A stretch of 61,459 nt of DNA, counting the filler, from Hausera hauseri (taxonomy: Eukaryota), in the NCBI GenBank assembly GCA_046269625.1. It is 10 parts of 10 records of this genome, joined end to end, with 100 filler letters (N's around TTAATTAATTAA, not from the genome) between each part and the next. Parts side by side here need not be neighbours in the genome. Positions count along the whole stretch, not along the records: positions 33,669 to 41,809 come from JBJURY010752097.1; positions 41,910 to 50,112 come from JBJURY010732100.1; positions 50,213 to 54,210 come from JBJURY010829749.1; 7 more parts are not named here. One strand, 5' to 3'. The position numbers and the translations under genes were made by a program. Shown in pieces: positions 38,341-50,570 of the stretch. The notes below the pieces were generated by a model that worked only from the letters and a program-made list of their open reading frames with translations, was not told where the DNA came from and did not search any database. Numbering within the stretch: the first letter of the stretch is position 1; every line of letters starts with the position of its first letter.

Positions 38341-39183
38341 CTGCAAGTTCGGGGTTGCCATTTTTACAGATTTGAATCTCAAGCCTTCCCTTTAAGTGGT
38401 CTGGAAATAACTTTTGGACAATACATAAGGTATATATAGACTAAGCTACCACAGAGGAAAGGTGGTGGCGTCCCTACTCACAAAGCCGAAGCCTTGAAAA
38501 ATGAAGGCACTAACACTTCCTTACCCTACGGCATATACCAATGCTATGGGAGTGGTTTTTTTTAACACAGAGGCTGCTAGATGCAGGATTGTTGGTGAAA
38601 TTCAATCCACACGACAACATTTCTTGAGAGGCAGACTTTGATTAAAGAGATCATTTCTGTGACTGAAAGGAAAGGTAGTTCTGGAAGGTCAAGGCCATTC
38701 AGTTTGAACTGAATAAATTTGTAATGGACATTGTAATCCTAGAGAGGACAGTTTGTTTCTGCGGCTTTTATGTTAGATGAAAGGAAACAACGAAAGTTAT
38801 CGGCAGGGAGATTAATAAAATGTCAGTGTTTGTTTTGGTTTGGTTCCTGTATATTTTGTATTCTGAGTGGTCCTTTATTTTCTTAAATTAGCCTCCTTTG
38901 CGCTTCATGGCTAAATATTGAGGTAATCCAGGGTGGTATAGATTTGGACTGCACACGTTTTGCACGCAGCGGTGTATGACAATCCAAGACTGTTGTGAAG
39001 GTTTTTAGCCATATTTTCAAGGTCTCGTTGCAGTGGATGACCTATAAGTGTTATGGAAGAATGCTAGGCAACAGAAAAACAGATTCATTAAAAATTTGTG
39101 AGCGAATGATTATGAATAACTTGTTCGCTTAATTTGGGGATGCGAAGTCCTTTCTTAGTCCCCACGTACAATATATGGGTAGT

Positions 39184-39616
39184 TTAGTTTAGTCTAGTCG
39201 AAGGGTCAACATCTACGGACACGGATAGATCCATAAGTGCTCCGTTCTCCTCCATTCTGGAGGATATCAGCTCAGTCCGCTTACTCAGCTGCACAGGCGA
39301 GGACCCTGTAGGTTAATATATCTAACTTTTTTTTTTTTTGTATAGGAATTTTAACCACATTTTTACCCGGGTAGCGGCCGAAGGCCTACTCTTTTTCGAT
39401 TTCCATCTACCAAGGGATCTTTTACGTGCGAAACGTTCACACGGAACCTCAGAGTTTATCGTCCATCTCCGATAGGACTAGGCGTCGGTCTACCTACACA
39501 TAGACCGGGGACAGCGTTATAGGTTTTTCCCGCCGCCGAACTCGCAATCTCTCGATCACATGTTCGTAGCGGTAAGGGTGAACACGCCACTGTCCACTCG
39601 GCCACGCTGTCGCCTT
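39184..39616 (-). mobile_element. tRNA-derived SINE with Deu/Nin-like central domain
   Basis: A box TGGCCGAGTGG; GCACGTAAAAGATCCC...GAAAAAGAGTAGG core; (CTAAA)n tail; TSD AATATATGGGTAGT at 39170 and 39670. Confidence 0.75.
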
Positions 39617-41149
39617 ATATAAATATATAAAAATATAAAAATCTATAAATATATATACCCATATATATAAATATATGGGTAGTGATCGGTAAGGCCACAG
39701 ATGGGAACACTGTAAATGTTGTAGGGTTGCTGATACAGATATTATCTGGACACCCTGTCGACGATTCTGGTCGGTAATGTTATAATCTGTTGTAGATTAA
39801 ACAATGTGTAAAGATGTTCCCAGTTTTAATTTTTCTTCGAGGCATCAATATTAAAATCTCCAAACATTATTACTTCACGAGAGGTAGTAACAACAACATC
39901 CATCATGTCTGTAAAATGATCATATCATCTTACTCTCCTCAGTATTCCCATAATTAATGAATATCAAGAGAGGAAGCTGTGTGTAGGAGACGGAGGCGAA
40001 CTTCTATAATCATAACCTCAGGACATTCAAGACCAAACAGTCCCGTAGTTTTGATAACTTTATATATAAGCTTACCCGAGTCTGTAGTTTAATTGTTGGA
40101 TCTCTGCGATGTAGATTATAATTAGCAATTTAAAATTCTGAGCCTTGTTTTTGATAAACCAAAAATTTGAAAATTATTCTTGTGATTATGTAATAAAGTG
40201 TGCAGCTAGTCAGTTTACTATTGTTACAAAGATGTAAGGTGTCCTATTCTAAGTCCATGCTGATTTGGATAGTTTTGATTGGTTCTGCCATGATATTTTA
40301 ACGTTAAATCGACTACGATTTTTATTAAGATATATCAAACTGGATTTTACGGTCACTGGTTTTTAGAAAAGAGAATGACGGGGAGGACTGAGATTCTACC
40401 TCCGACAACTTTTTCAGTTTCTCAGGGGTGAGAGTGGGTGAGTGAGCGATTCAATAGTCTAATGATTCTAAACAAAATAATGAAAATGTAACGGCATATA
40501 GTGGTGATCTTGGGATTATGCTCTAGTGGTTAGGTCACAGAAGGCTAACCACCAGCTGTTTTCACGCAGGAACAAAGAGGTTCTATTGTTGGAAGCTTTA
40601 TTTTTACTTAAGGAAAAAAAACCCCTTATATCAGTTCTGGTTTATTTTGTATCAGAGGTTTCCTATGCTTCTGCTGCAAAGAAACCATTAGCTGAAATTC
40701 TAGTGAATTGTTTTTCTGCCACTTGTAGTGTCGATTATTTGCCGAACTGCGATCGACGATTGTGCTGACGTGTGAGTATACAGACAGTGTTTGAAATGCC
40801 TTACAGCACACTCAATGTTAAGTCCCTTCGGCAGCAACAGCGTGAAGCAAGTTATTCAGTCCATCAAAGAATTACTGAATAATTATCCACGGCTGTACCG
40901 AGTTGGACTGGTTCAAGAGCTACGACCACGCGATTCAAACAAAAAATTCTGGAGCATTGCAAATAATTGTGTGAAGTTTAGTAAGCACTTGTCAGAGTTA
41001 GTGCATGTCATATAAAACAAGCAAACTTTATTTTTAAAACGTTTAGAATTGGGCGTGCAGTCCCGTCTTACATTCTGCCCTTTCTTACATCATTCATACA
41101 GGCTGCATTCCATTATATAAGTGTGCATAAAATATCATTGGCATTATTT

Positions 41150-41809
41150 AGACTATAAGACCACTAATAATAATACAGACAACTAATATAGAAGTCACAG
41201 TAATAACTGAAAATGAAAAGAATGAACTCAGCTTAAACACACACAAAAAAAAACAGTAATGATGACAGCCTCTAAGAAAAAAGAGCCACCAGTTTTCAAT
41301 GTAAAGATAAAATCGACAAAAGTAAAACAAGTGCAGAAATTCACATACCTTGGAAATTCCTACAACATCAGATGGCAGATGTGACACAGAAATCAAAAGC
41401 AGAATTGCACAGGCAAAAACAGAATTCCAGAAAATGAAAATCATATTATGTATGACAGATCTGTCATTAACATTGAGAAAGAGAGTCCCGCAGTGTTATA
41501 TCGAACCCATACTAATGTATGGCTGGGAATCTTGGATACTGAGTTAAAAAAAAAATGGAAAATTCTTTAAAAGCAATGAGATGTGGTTTCTCAGAAGAAT
41601 GTTGAAAATCCCTTGGACAGCAAATAAAGCAAATGAAGATGTTTTACAAGAAGCAGACGCAGAAAGAATGCTTATCAGTAAGATGAGAAAGAGAAACATC
41701 TATAATTTGCCATATTTTAAGAAGAGAAGGTTTGGAGAACTTGGTCACCACAGGCAAAATACCAGGAAATAGAAGCAGTGGACGGCAAAGAATGAAGTGT
41801 CTGGATGGT
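41150..41809 (+). mobile_element. RTE-clade LINE 3' fragment
   Basis: FTYLG...DGRCDTEIKSRIAQAK...ILMYGWESW...EMWFLRRMLKIPW. Confidence 0.85.
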
Positions 41810-42029
41810 NNNNNNNNNNNNNNNNNNNNNNNNNNNNNNNNNNNNNNNNNNNNTTAATTAATTAANNNNNNNNNNNNNNNNNNNNNNNNNNNNNNNNNNN
41901 NNNNNNNNNCTGATGTCTTCGAAAGCTTCTGGTATGTGACCCTTAAGAACCACAAGTTAGATCCAGGCAATTTCTTTATAGCTCCGGGAATGAGTTGGGC
42001 AGCTATGCTGCGCTATACCGCCATAAGGG

Positions 42030-43990
42030 TCATTCCCGGAGCTATAAAGAAATGGCCTGGATCTAACTTGTGGTTCTTAAGGGTCACATACCAGAAGCTT
42101 TCGAAGACATCAGTAAGCAACCGCACATCTGTGATGAACTAGATATCTCTGTATTCCCCTATTGTCCTGCACTCAAAGGTCTGCCATACCCTTTGGGCGT
42201 GATCATAATCAGCATCGCTAATATGACTCTATGACAACTGACTACAGACGTCCTCCTTGGCTGGTAATACATCTTCATATAGTGCTTTCCATGACGTTAT
42301 ATAGTCATAGGGGAACACTCCTTTCCTCTTGACTAGGTCAAAGTTAGTTGGAAAGAACCACTTCGTCTCCTTGAGTTCTTCTGCAGGGAGGTTCTTCACT
42401 AAACTGTCCAGTAACGAGCTCATTAAGCGGAAGCTCTCTATAACTCGAAGTCTAATGCGGCCCACATGCATCATGAAGGTGATGTACTTCTCCTCACTAT
42501 TTGGAATCACGTCAATGTTCCCCTCAATATTACCCAATTCTCGAACAATGAAGTGGGAATCGTATACATTAAGACTGTGGAATACAACGGGAACATATGT
42601 ACATGTCTTGCAGCGTACGTTGCAATTGGTGCACGTTGCAGTTCGGTATATGTCTGTAAAATGGCAGTGATCTCTAACTTTGTGATTGTCCCAATTGAAT
42701 GGCATTCTGCATAAGTAGCATGTTGATGCTTTGTGCCATTCACATTTTTCTTGCTGTGACATCACCATGTAGCCCTTATACTGCTGCAACAAGTCTTCAA
42801 GTTTGTGAGCATACTGTTCAAGACTCTGCATAAAATGTGCTGCTGCATTTACACCCCTGTATAGGTAGGGTTCTTTGTCCAGTCCATTGGCATATATGCA
42901 GTATGATGATAACTTATGGTACCGTTATGCTGTAGTACTGCTTTGCTGTGGATTGGGGCTGCAATTATGAACTGGACTGAAGATGGCTTCAAAGTCACAA
43001 TATATGACAATCGGCACTTTCTGCATCTTCTCGAACTCCTTGAATTCCAGGTAATCCTCGTTGGAGAATTCTACTCGGATGCAATAGTTTGTATTGCTGT
43101 AGGTCTTGTGCTCCTCCAGCTTTTCTGCGGCTGTGTCTCTATTAAAATGGGTAAAGCATCTTTTGCATATTTCCATCCCAGATTTATGCTTAGATATCTG
43201 GGATCCTACGAGGCGCTCAAAATTTTTGATCCAGATGAAATGCCTTGTTTCTCCATCATCTAGCAGGAGCAGATCCCCATGATCCTCCAATTCCTCCTTG
43301 CACACATGTAAGGGATAAAATTTGTCCTCCTCCAATCTGAAGATATTGATGGAGATGTTGTTCACGCTTTCAAATTTCACGACTTCATCTATGCTCGGAG
43401 GGAAAGAAGTACAGTTGAAGTCGTATGTGTGCTGCACTTTGTCACATATATACAAACTAGGGAAGCATTATGTTGATCCTGGACTAGTTTTGACAAAATA
43501 GAACACATGAAGCACATGCTGTCCTCATTATGGACATTGATGCATGCCTTTTTCTTTACTATCCATTCAGGAAGCGGTATGTAGGAGTTGTCTCTCATCG
43601 GAGAATAATTGTGCACATGCACAAGTAACCCATTTATTGTTGCTAAAGTCCAACCACTCTTCTTGTTCTGGCTTTCTTCGGGTTCGCGGATAATCCTGAC
43701 ATAGTCCTCTGTAATGAAATCCTTAATGTTAGAGGATTTCAATAGTGGCCTGTTTTTTGTCTTGTAGGCTGTACTAGACAGCTCGCCTTTGACATTAGTG
43801 AAGGTGGCTTCTAATTTGAATTTCACCTTAAGGGTCTTTAGCTCCAACAAGTTGTCCTGGAGAATTCCTGCTGCCTCCTCCTTTAAAGATTCCAGGAATT
43901 CATGGAACGATGTCTGCCCCACTGCTGCTATGAAGTATCACCGCACTTTGCTCTTCAGTGCAGCTACATAAACTGGCCGCTCTCTTTGGC
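42030..43990 (-). pseudogene. polB: Protein-primed family B DNA polymerase (Maverick/adintovirus type), N-terminal half
   Basis: KSGWTL; YIPLPEWIVKKKACINVHNEDSMCF; VIYCDFE (Exo I); KVRDHCH endonuclease-VII-like insert; FHSLNVYDSHFI (Exo II); RKGVFPYDY. Confidence 0.9.
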
Positions 43991-44162
43991 TTTTTGATGG
44001 AGCATCTGCTGCTACTTCTGATATGCATTTTAATCCTGCATCGGGCCTTGCTTCTAAAGAATGCTGTACAACTGGCTGTGCTGTCAAAGCAGGCTGTGCT
44101 GCCAAAGCAGGCTATGCTGCCAAAGCAGCATGCTGCTCATAAAATATGACCTTCTTTGACTT

Positions 44163-44393
44163 CTATGTGAAGTCAGTCAAATGATGTTTGTGATCTTCAT
44201 AAAACTGTATGTATTCTCCATCATATATAGCCTCACATCCTGGGCAGATATAATAGAATATCCTATTGAATTTGTGTCCATAATAGCTCCTCATGGTATT
44301 GTGGCAATTCTGAGGGTTGTGTATTGCACATGAGCAATACACGTATGAACTACATCTTTGATTTTCATTTGGCACGAAAGTCGTTATTGGCAT
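44163..44393 (-). CDS. Small Cys/His-rich protein (76 aa)
   Basis: Intact ORF with IHNPQNCH...YYICPGCE...HKHH; paralog of the adjacent ORF. Confidence 0.6.
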   Translation of the reverse strand: MPITTFVPNENQRCSSYVYCSCAIHNPQNCHNTMRSYYGHKFNRIFYYICPGCEAIYDGEYIQFYEDHKHHLTDFT

Positions 44394-44408
44394 ATTTGCA
44401 CTGAATAT

Positions 44409-44630
44409 TTATTTTTTCGACTTGGTGAAGGAAATGAAGTGCTGTTTATGAACATTGTAAAAGTCTTTATAATTGGATTGGCACACTACCTCACATGTAA
44501 GGCATATATAATACTGAACCCTGTTGTATAGATGGCCAAAGTACTTCTTCATAATACTGTGACAATTTTCAGGCTCGTGGATTTGAGCCAAACATTCGCT
44601 GTAAAGTTTGAAATTGTAAAAATCAACCAA
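44409..44630 (-). CDS. Small Cys/His-rich protein (about 73 aa)
   Basis: IHEPENCH...YYICLTCE...HKQH. Confidence 0.6.
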   Translation of the reverse strand: MVDFYNFKLYSECLAQIHEPENCHSIMKKYFGHLYNRVQYYICLTCEVVCQSNYKDFYNVHKQHFISFTKSKK

Positions 44631-45789
44631 TTATTTTGAGGAGCACAATTAAAAAAACCACCATTCGTTGAAGTGATTTTGGAAATAATGAAATATATTG
44701 CCATATCACCATATACTCCCCGCTTATTGCTCAGTTTTAATGCACTTTTGTTTTAGTGCATCAATTAAATTAAATACAAGGCGGTGCCCAATTCAAATAG
44801 GTCTTCCTATATGGGGAATCGAATGACGTCTTTAGATTCTTCGAATAATGCATGATTAACCTAGTTTTCGAGTTCGAATAGCTATGTATTCGACTTGTAA
44901 GCTCGAATTCGAATATCGTATGTCATATTCCGATTCGACATATATGCTTTCCTATCCCACCCCGTTTATAGATTTGCCGATTTCCGCTTCACTGGGATTT
45001 ACATGCACATATTGCTTAATTCAAAATATTGATTTTATATCTATATATTACATTTTCATGGAATAATTTTTATGTATAAGGGGGTGTTCATATATAAGGA
45101 ATCGATTGCCACTGTTAGATTTTTCGAATAGTTCGATATTCGATATTCCAGCTCGAAAATTTTCGAATTTCGAATATCTGACTTGAGATTCGAGATAGCC
45201 ATATTCGATTTCCTATCTGTCCCCGCTAACTATATTACAGAATTTTGCTCCCTTAGGGCCTAAGAAACATATGTGGGTTCGCCCTCAGTTGCATTTTGGA
45301 TTTTTATTTTATAACGGAAAGGCCTATGCGGGTTCTCCCTCACTTGGGAATTATTCGAAAACCAATCAATATATTTAAATTCTAACTGCACATTGGCACA
45401 GTCCCTCATGTGTGCTACCGATTGTACCTGGTGCCGTGCCCTAATCATCAATATTGGGATTATCGGAAATACGATATTATTGATTTCGCACACTTGCACA
45501 TGCGCTGCACAACTTCACTGTACACCACTCCATGTGCACTGATGTGCACTATCGACTAGCACTTTGTCCCGATAGATTCGATCAATACTGCACTGTGCAG
45601 CAATCGATTTGTCAAATTTGCAAAAATGAGCTTAGCAACGGTGCCTAACGGTACCGTCGCCTAGCACACTACCGATCCATAGTGCTCCGCATGCACTATC
45701 GATTGGCACATGTGCAAATTGATTTATCGATTACCCGCCCCCCTTGCCCCCACGAGTGGTGAGGGACAACCCGCATTTTCCCCAACTAT

Positions 45790-46842
45790 CATGATATTAC
45801 TTCTGTTTTGTTCTTATACATCAGGCATTTGGAAGATAAAGGGTATACGCAATGTCAAATAACTCAAAGAATGAACATTTCCCAAAGTGTCGTTTCACGG
45901 ATATTGTCTGGTAAACTTTCATCAAAATTCAACTCGGGAAGAGTTAAGTGTACAATTACAGGGACCACAGGGTCATAATAAGATTTGTCAAGAATGCATT
46001 TATATCATAGAAGGAAATTAAATCAACGTTGCCAGAAGAATGTCATGTTTCATCTCGGACTATTCGCAGACGTCTGGTTGATGCAGGATTACACTCAAGG
46101 AAACAGGCTAAAAAGCCACTCTTAAATGAATTACAGAAGTATAAACGTTTGATCTTCTGTTGACAAGACAAAGATTGGTCGCCCGAACAGTGAGCTAAAG
46201 TCTGCTTCAGTGACGAATCCTGCTTTCAACTCATGACGTCCCTCACGAAATCTGTCTGTTGACCTAAAGGCCAACGTTATTCAACGCAATTTACTGTTCC
46301 AACCGTCAAACACCCTGACTCAATGATGATTTGGTCATGTTTTGAAGCTAAAGGGAGAGGATCAATCTGGTTTTTTCCTAAAAACGCCAAAATGTACTCA
46401 GGGAATTATATTGAATGTCTCACAGAAAAGCTTCCCAGTATGTAAATTTTCAACAAAATTCCGCACCATGCCATGTGTCAAAGCGGTCTATGGCATGACT
46501 TCGACCAAATAACATTTGTTTTCTGGACTGGCCGGGTTCCAGTCCAGATTTAAACCCCCTGGAGAATTTATGCATGGAATTCAAAAAAATTGTAGCCGCA
46601 CAAAATCCCAAAAGTGGAACAGATTTACGTAGAATTATTGTGGAGTCCTCGTACACAAAAATCACTCCAAACTATTGTAGAAAGCTTACTGATTCATTAC
46701 CAAGGTGCATCAAGTCAGTTATTAGTGCCAATGGTGGTAATATCAAGTATTAAAACAATTTCATTGACGTTTCTGTATTTCATTGTGTTAATTAAAAATA
46801 AATGCTTTTATGGAAATTATGCTAATTTTTTGACCACGACTG
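45790..46842 (+). mobile_element. Tc1/mariner transposon remnant
   Basis: KKPLL, FSDES, TVKHP, APCH, WPGSSPDLNPLENL; right end TTTTGACCACGACTG followed by TA. Confidence 0.85.
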
Positions 46843-46957
46843 TAATTCAATCTAAATTCCACCAAGTATGAAAGTAACACATTAGATTAGTTTATTTTTG
46901 AACAAAAACATTCAGTTTGCCAATATTTTGTCGATTCACAATCACATTTACAATCAC

Positions 46958-47030
46958 AGTGATTTAATTCAGACCGGTTCAAATTAACATTTGAGTGATT
47001 TAATTCAGACCGGTTCAAATTAACATTTGA
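46958..47030. repeat. 36-bp direct tandem duplication
   Basis: gtgatttaattcagaccggttcaaattaacatttga occurs twice. Confidence 0.85.
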
Positions 47031-48090
47031 TCAACAATAGACTGATTTAATCAACTTGATCGTGTCATTTTTCTTAATTTTGTGTCATTTTTCTTAATTT
47101 TATTTGAATTCTTTTAACATTTGGAATTTTGTTTTGACTTTCTTATCAAATTACGTATTCTGCAGAAGAACATATATATATAGTGATATTTCATTGAAAA
47201 AGATAGTGATCGTTCATAAATTTATTATGTACAAGTTCAATTCATGTGAGTATCTTTTATATTGTATCTTTTAGCTCTTTTAGTTATTTGTCTTTCATAA
47301 AAGTTATTTCACCTTTATTTAATATATCAGTATTTCTATCTGTGTATTTTTCTCATTGAACATTTAAGTAATCACCAAGTAAAGTATATTTGGTAGTAAG
47401 GAAAATAATAAATTGGGGACCCTGTACGTTCTTTTTACCGGACAGTAAAACCCGGTAACTTAAAATCACATAAATAAGGGGGAGTGACGTCGGTTTGCCC
47501 CTGACGAAGCTCACACCATAAGGTTAACTAAACTAAATAAAAGAAAAACAACCCACAGGTTGTTATAGACTGATTCAATAATAAAGTGATCTGGAGGAAG
47601 GAGAAACTCCTGATCAGAGTGAGTAAAACATAAGTTTACAATCATAAAATCAATCTTTTTATATCAATAAACTTATCAGTATTAACTTTTCAATGAGTAA
47701 CTACAAACGATCCAATTCTACTTCTGCGGACATACGAAGGACGGAGATTTTCTAATCCTCCCGAAGCTGGGCGACGATGTGGACGACGTGAATACGCATG
47801 CAGCCAACATTTCTTTTGAAAGAACAATGCTCATTTGGTATTGGCCTACATGCGCTGATACTAATTTCTATTCCAAGATCTGTCATTTTCCATTGCTTTA
47901 ATTTCGATGTTAAGCCGTTTTTTATATCACGTTCAATGACTGGGAAATTAAATTGGCCTTCATTACTATTTCTTATAAAATCTTCAATTATGTTTGATAT
48001 AATGATAATTACATTCCATATTTATAGTTTCATACCTGTATGTGTGCGTATATTGATTGCGTGCAATTTAATTGACTGTCATTTTATTGG

Positions 48091-48552
48091 ATGAAATTTA
48101 CTATAAATAAATTGTTGATATTCATTTTAAATGATATTCAAAGTTCATTTTCAAAATGGTATGATTACTTTTTGCACATCATTACTTTTTCATGGTCATT
48201 TAGCCTTGCAATTTCAATTATTGTACTAGTGACGTACGTTCGCCAGAAACATGCGAAGAAACAATGTCAAAATACTACTGTAGAAATTGACGGGTGTCAA
48301 TTTTATATATGCCCAACCTGTCAAGTGATTTCCGGCCTACAATTCAGTGCGTTTCGACAACAACATAAAATCATCTGTCATACTTCAGGAAACCGAAAAA
48401 ACTATCGTTCGAGAACACCAGATGATAAACATGGCCAAACAATTTGCATCAGACAAACAATTTCCAACAACATCATCCAAACAATTTCCAACAACACATC
48501 AACCAGCCAAATAGACAATCAAACAAGCCAAACGGCCAAACAACCAGACTAA
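48091..48552 (+). CDS. Protein with a Cys/His motif upstream of the second PolB
   Basis: HAKKQC...FYICPTCQ...FSAFRQQHK, preceded by a hydrophobic stretch; start uncertain. Confidence 0.45.
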   Translation: MKFTINKLLIFILNDIQSSFSKWYDYFLHIITFSWSFSLAISIIVLVTYVRQKHAKKQCQNTTVEIDGCQFYICPTCQVISGLQFSAFRQQHKIICHTSGNRKNYRSRTPDDKHGQTICIRQTISNNIIQTISNNTSTSQIDNQTSQTAKQPD

Positions 48553-48604
48553 ACAGTCCATTCCCATGAAAAACCAAAAACTACAAAATTAAACTGTAAA
48601 AAAT

Positions 48605-50112
48605 ATGAAACGTAATGTACATCCTGTCCTTGCTAATAATTACCTGAGTTCGTGTTTTGATGTTGCGCCCGATCTTATTTCTACTCGACCGCCTGAAGAG
48701 ATTCTGACTACTTTGCATATGTACATTTCTCAGTTTCCATCTTGTAAGGTTCAGTACGGTCTTGAAATTCTTTTTGAGAATGCTGAGAGTGACTTTAAGG
48801 AAGCTTATATTTCTCATCAAGCCGTGCCTTATGAGCAGTCTTATCCCAAATCTGTTTCTGATAATTTACAAGAGTAAATAGGGAATTTTGCTGAAATGGG
48901 TAATGGGTGGAAGGTAGTTAATATATTGAAATACTGTTTTCATACAGTCAAAACTAGCCCACTACCCTACTTGTCTGGTAAGTCCTATATTCCAACACCT
49001 GACACTTTAAAAAATGCAATGGCCGTTGTTAATGTACAGAATGAGGATAGTTTATGCTTCCTGTACTCTATTTTGGCTGTAACCAAATATTCTTCTTTTG
49101 ACAGTCATAGGTATCGAGTTAGCAATTACATTCCTTATTTAAACCAGCTGAAATATTCTTTGGATGACATGCCGAAAAAATGTTCAATATAGGTAAATTT
49201 GAGAGGCCGAATCCACAGTTGTCAATTAATGTATTTCTGTTTCACGACGAGGATGATGTGGATTTTGATGAGGACATAGTAAAAAATCCATTCGTTAGTA
49301 TTTTGTATCGCAGAAAAAATTCCAATGGTACTGTAGTCAACTTTCTGATTTTGGAGAATGATAATCACTTTCACTATGTTGCTATACCCAATCTGAATCG
49401 GCTGTTGAACGTACGGTCTAAAATTATAAGAATTCAATGTAAACATTGGTATGAAAAACGTTTACATGTGTTTAGGCTTGACACATCATATTTTGAGCAC
49501 TTACCCATAAGCAATTCTTCAGCCAAATGCACAACCTTGTACAAAATGTCGTAAAATAAGTTTTGTGAGTTTAAGGACTGGGCTAAACCTATAAGCCCAC
49601 CTTTCGTCGTATATGCTGACTTCAAATCGGTTCTGTGTCCTGACAATAAAGTCAAGCATATTCATTTGCCTGCTGCAGCCGTTCTCTTGTTAGTAACACC
49701 AACAGGTATTGAATATAGCCCATTTGTATGTGAAAATTCCATAGATGAGTTTCTGGCCTCTTTATAGGATATTGTTAAGAAAATTATTTTCCGCTGGGAT
49801 GAAAATACCAAAAAGCCAATGATCCTATTAACACCAGCTGAATGGTACGGTTTAAAAATGCCACATCATATTATCTTTGCCATGAAAATGGTTCACAATT
49901 TGTTAGGGATTACTGTCATGTTGCAAATAAATTCTTACGCACTGCATGCAACAAATGTAACTTAGCACGACAGATCAGATACAACTTACCAGTCATATTT
50001 CACAATTTGCGTGGATACGACTTGCATCATATTTTGAAACATGCATTAAGTAAATTCGGAAGTTGGAAATTAAGTATTATTCCGCAAACAACAGAGAAGT
50101 TCCTAACAATAA
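48605..50112 (+). pseudogene. polB: Second Maverick-type PolB, N-terminal part
   Basis: GNGWK; GKSYIPTP..LKNAMAVVNVQNEDSLCFLYSIL; FVVYADF; VRDYCH...ACNKCN; IFHNLRGYDLHHI. Confidence 0.88.
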
Positions 50113-50212
50113 NNNNNNNNNNNNNNNNNNNNNNNNNNNNNNNNNNNNNNNNNNNNTTAATTAATTAANNNNNNNNNNNNNNNNNNNNNNNNNNNNNNNN
50201 NNNNNNNNNNNN

Positions 50213-50570
50213 TTTACCGGTTATTCGAGCTTATAAACAGTGTTGTCTATCTACGTTCATTGGGATTAATGGTGTCGTTGGTTTGATTATTAAAGTATCA
50301 CCATGCATATTACCACAATGAAATACGCTGCGGGATCTCCGTATCATGCATTCCGTTGCGTCCATTGCAATTAATTCACGCTGTTGACAGAGTACATATC
50401 TTTTTTCTGTTGTCTCGAGCTCGTGAAATCTCGTATCTTCACATGTTTCTAAATCCATCAGGGAATATTTCTGACCCACCTTGAATTTGTCGCAGTCGTA
50501 TATAGTGACGGAACCTATCTACTTTACTAGCATCATTATCGTCAACAAATTTATTAGCCAATTGGATTCG
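50213..50570 (-). pseudogene. env: N-terminus of a second class III env copy
   Basis: GQKYSLMDLETCED...DATECMIRRSRSVFHCGNMHG, closely similar to 26400-26750. Confidence 0.85.

Larger units (their letters stand above)
37420..40200 (-). mobile_element. Second CR1/L2-type LINE remnant interrupted by two SINEs
   Basis: YRRISLSSAISKPLER, NQSGFRRNHS, IDLCKAFERIDH, MFADD; endonuclease-like text near 39700-40150. Confidence 0.75.
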
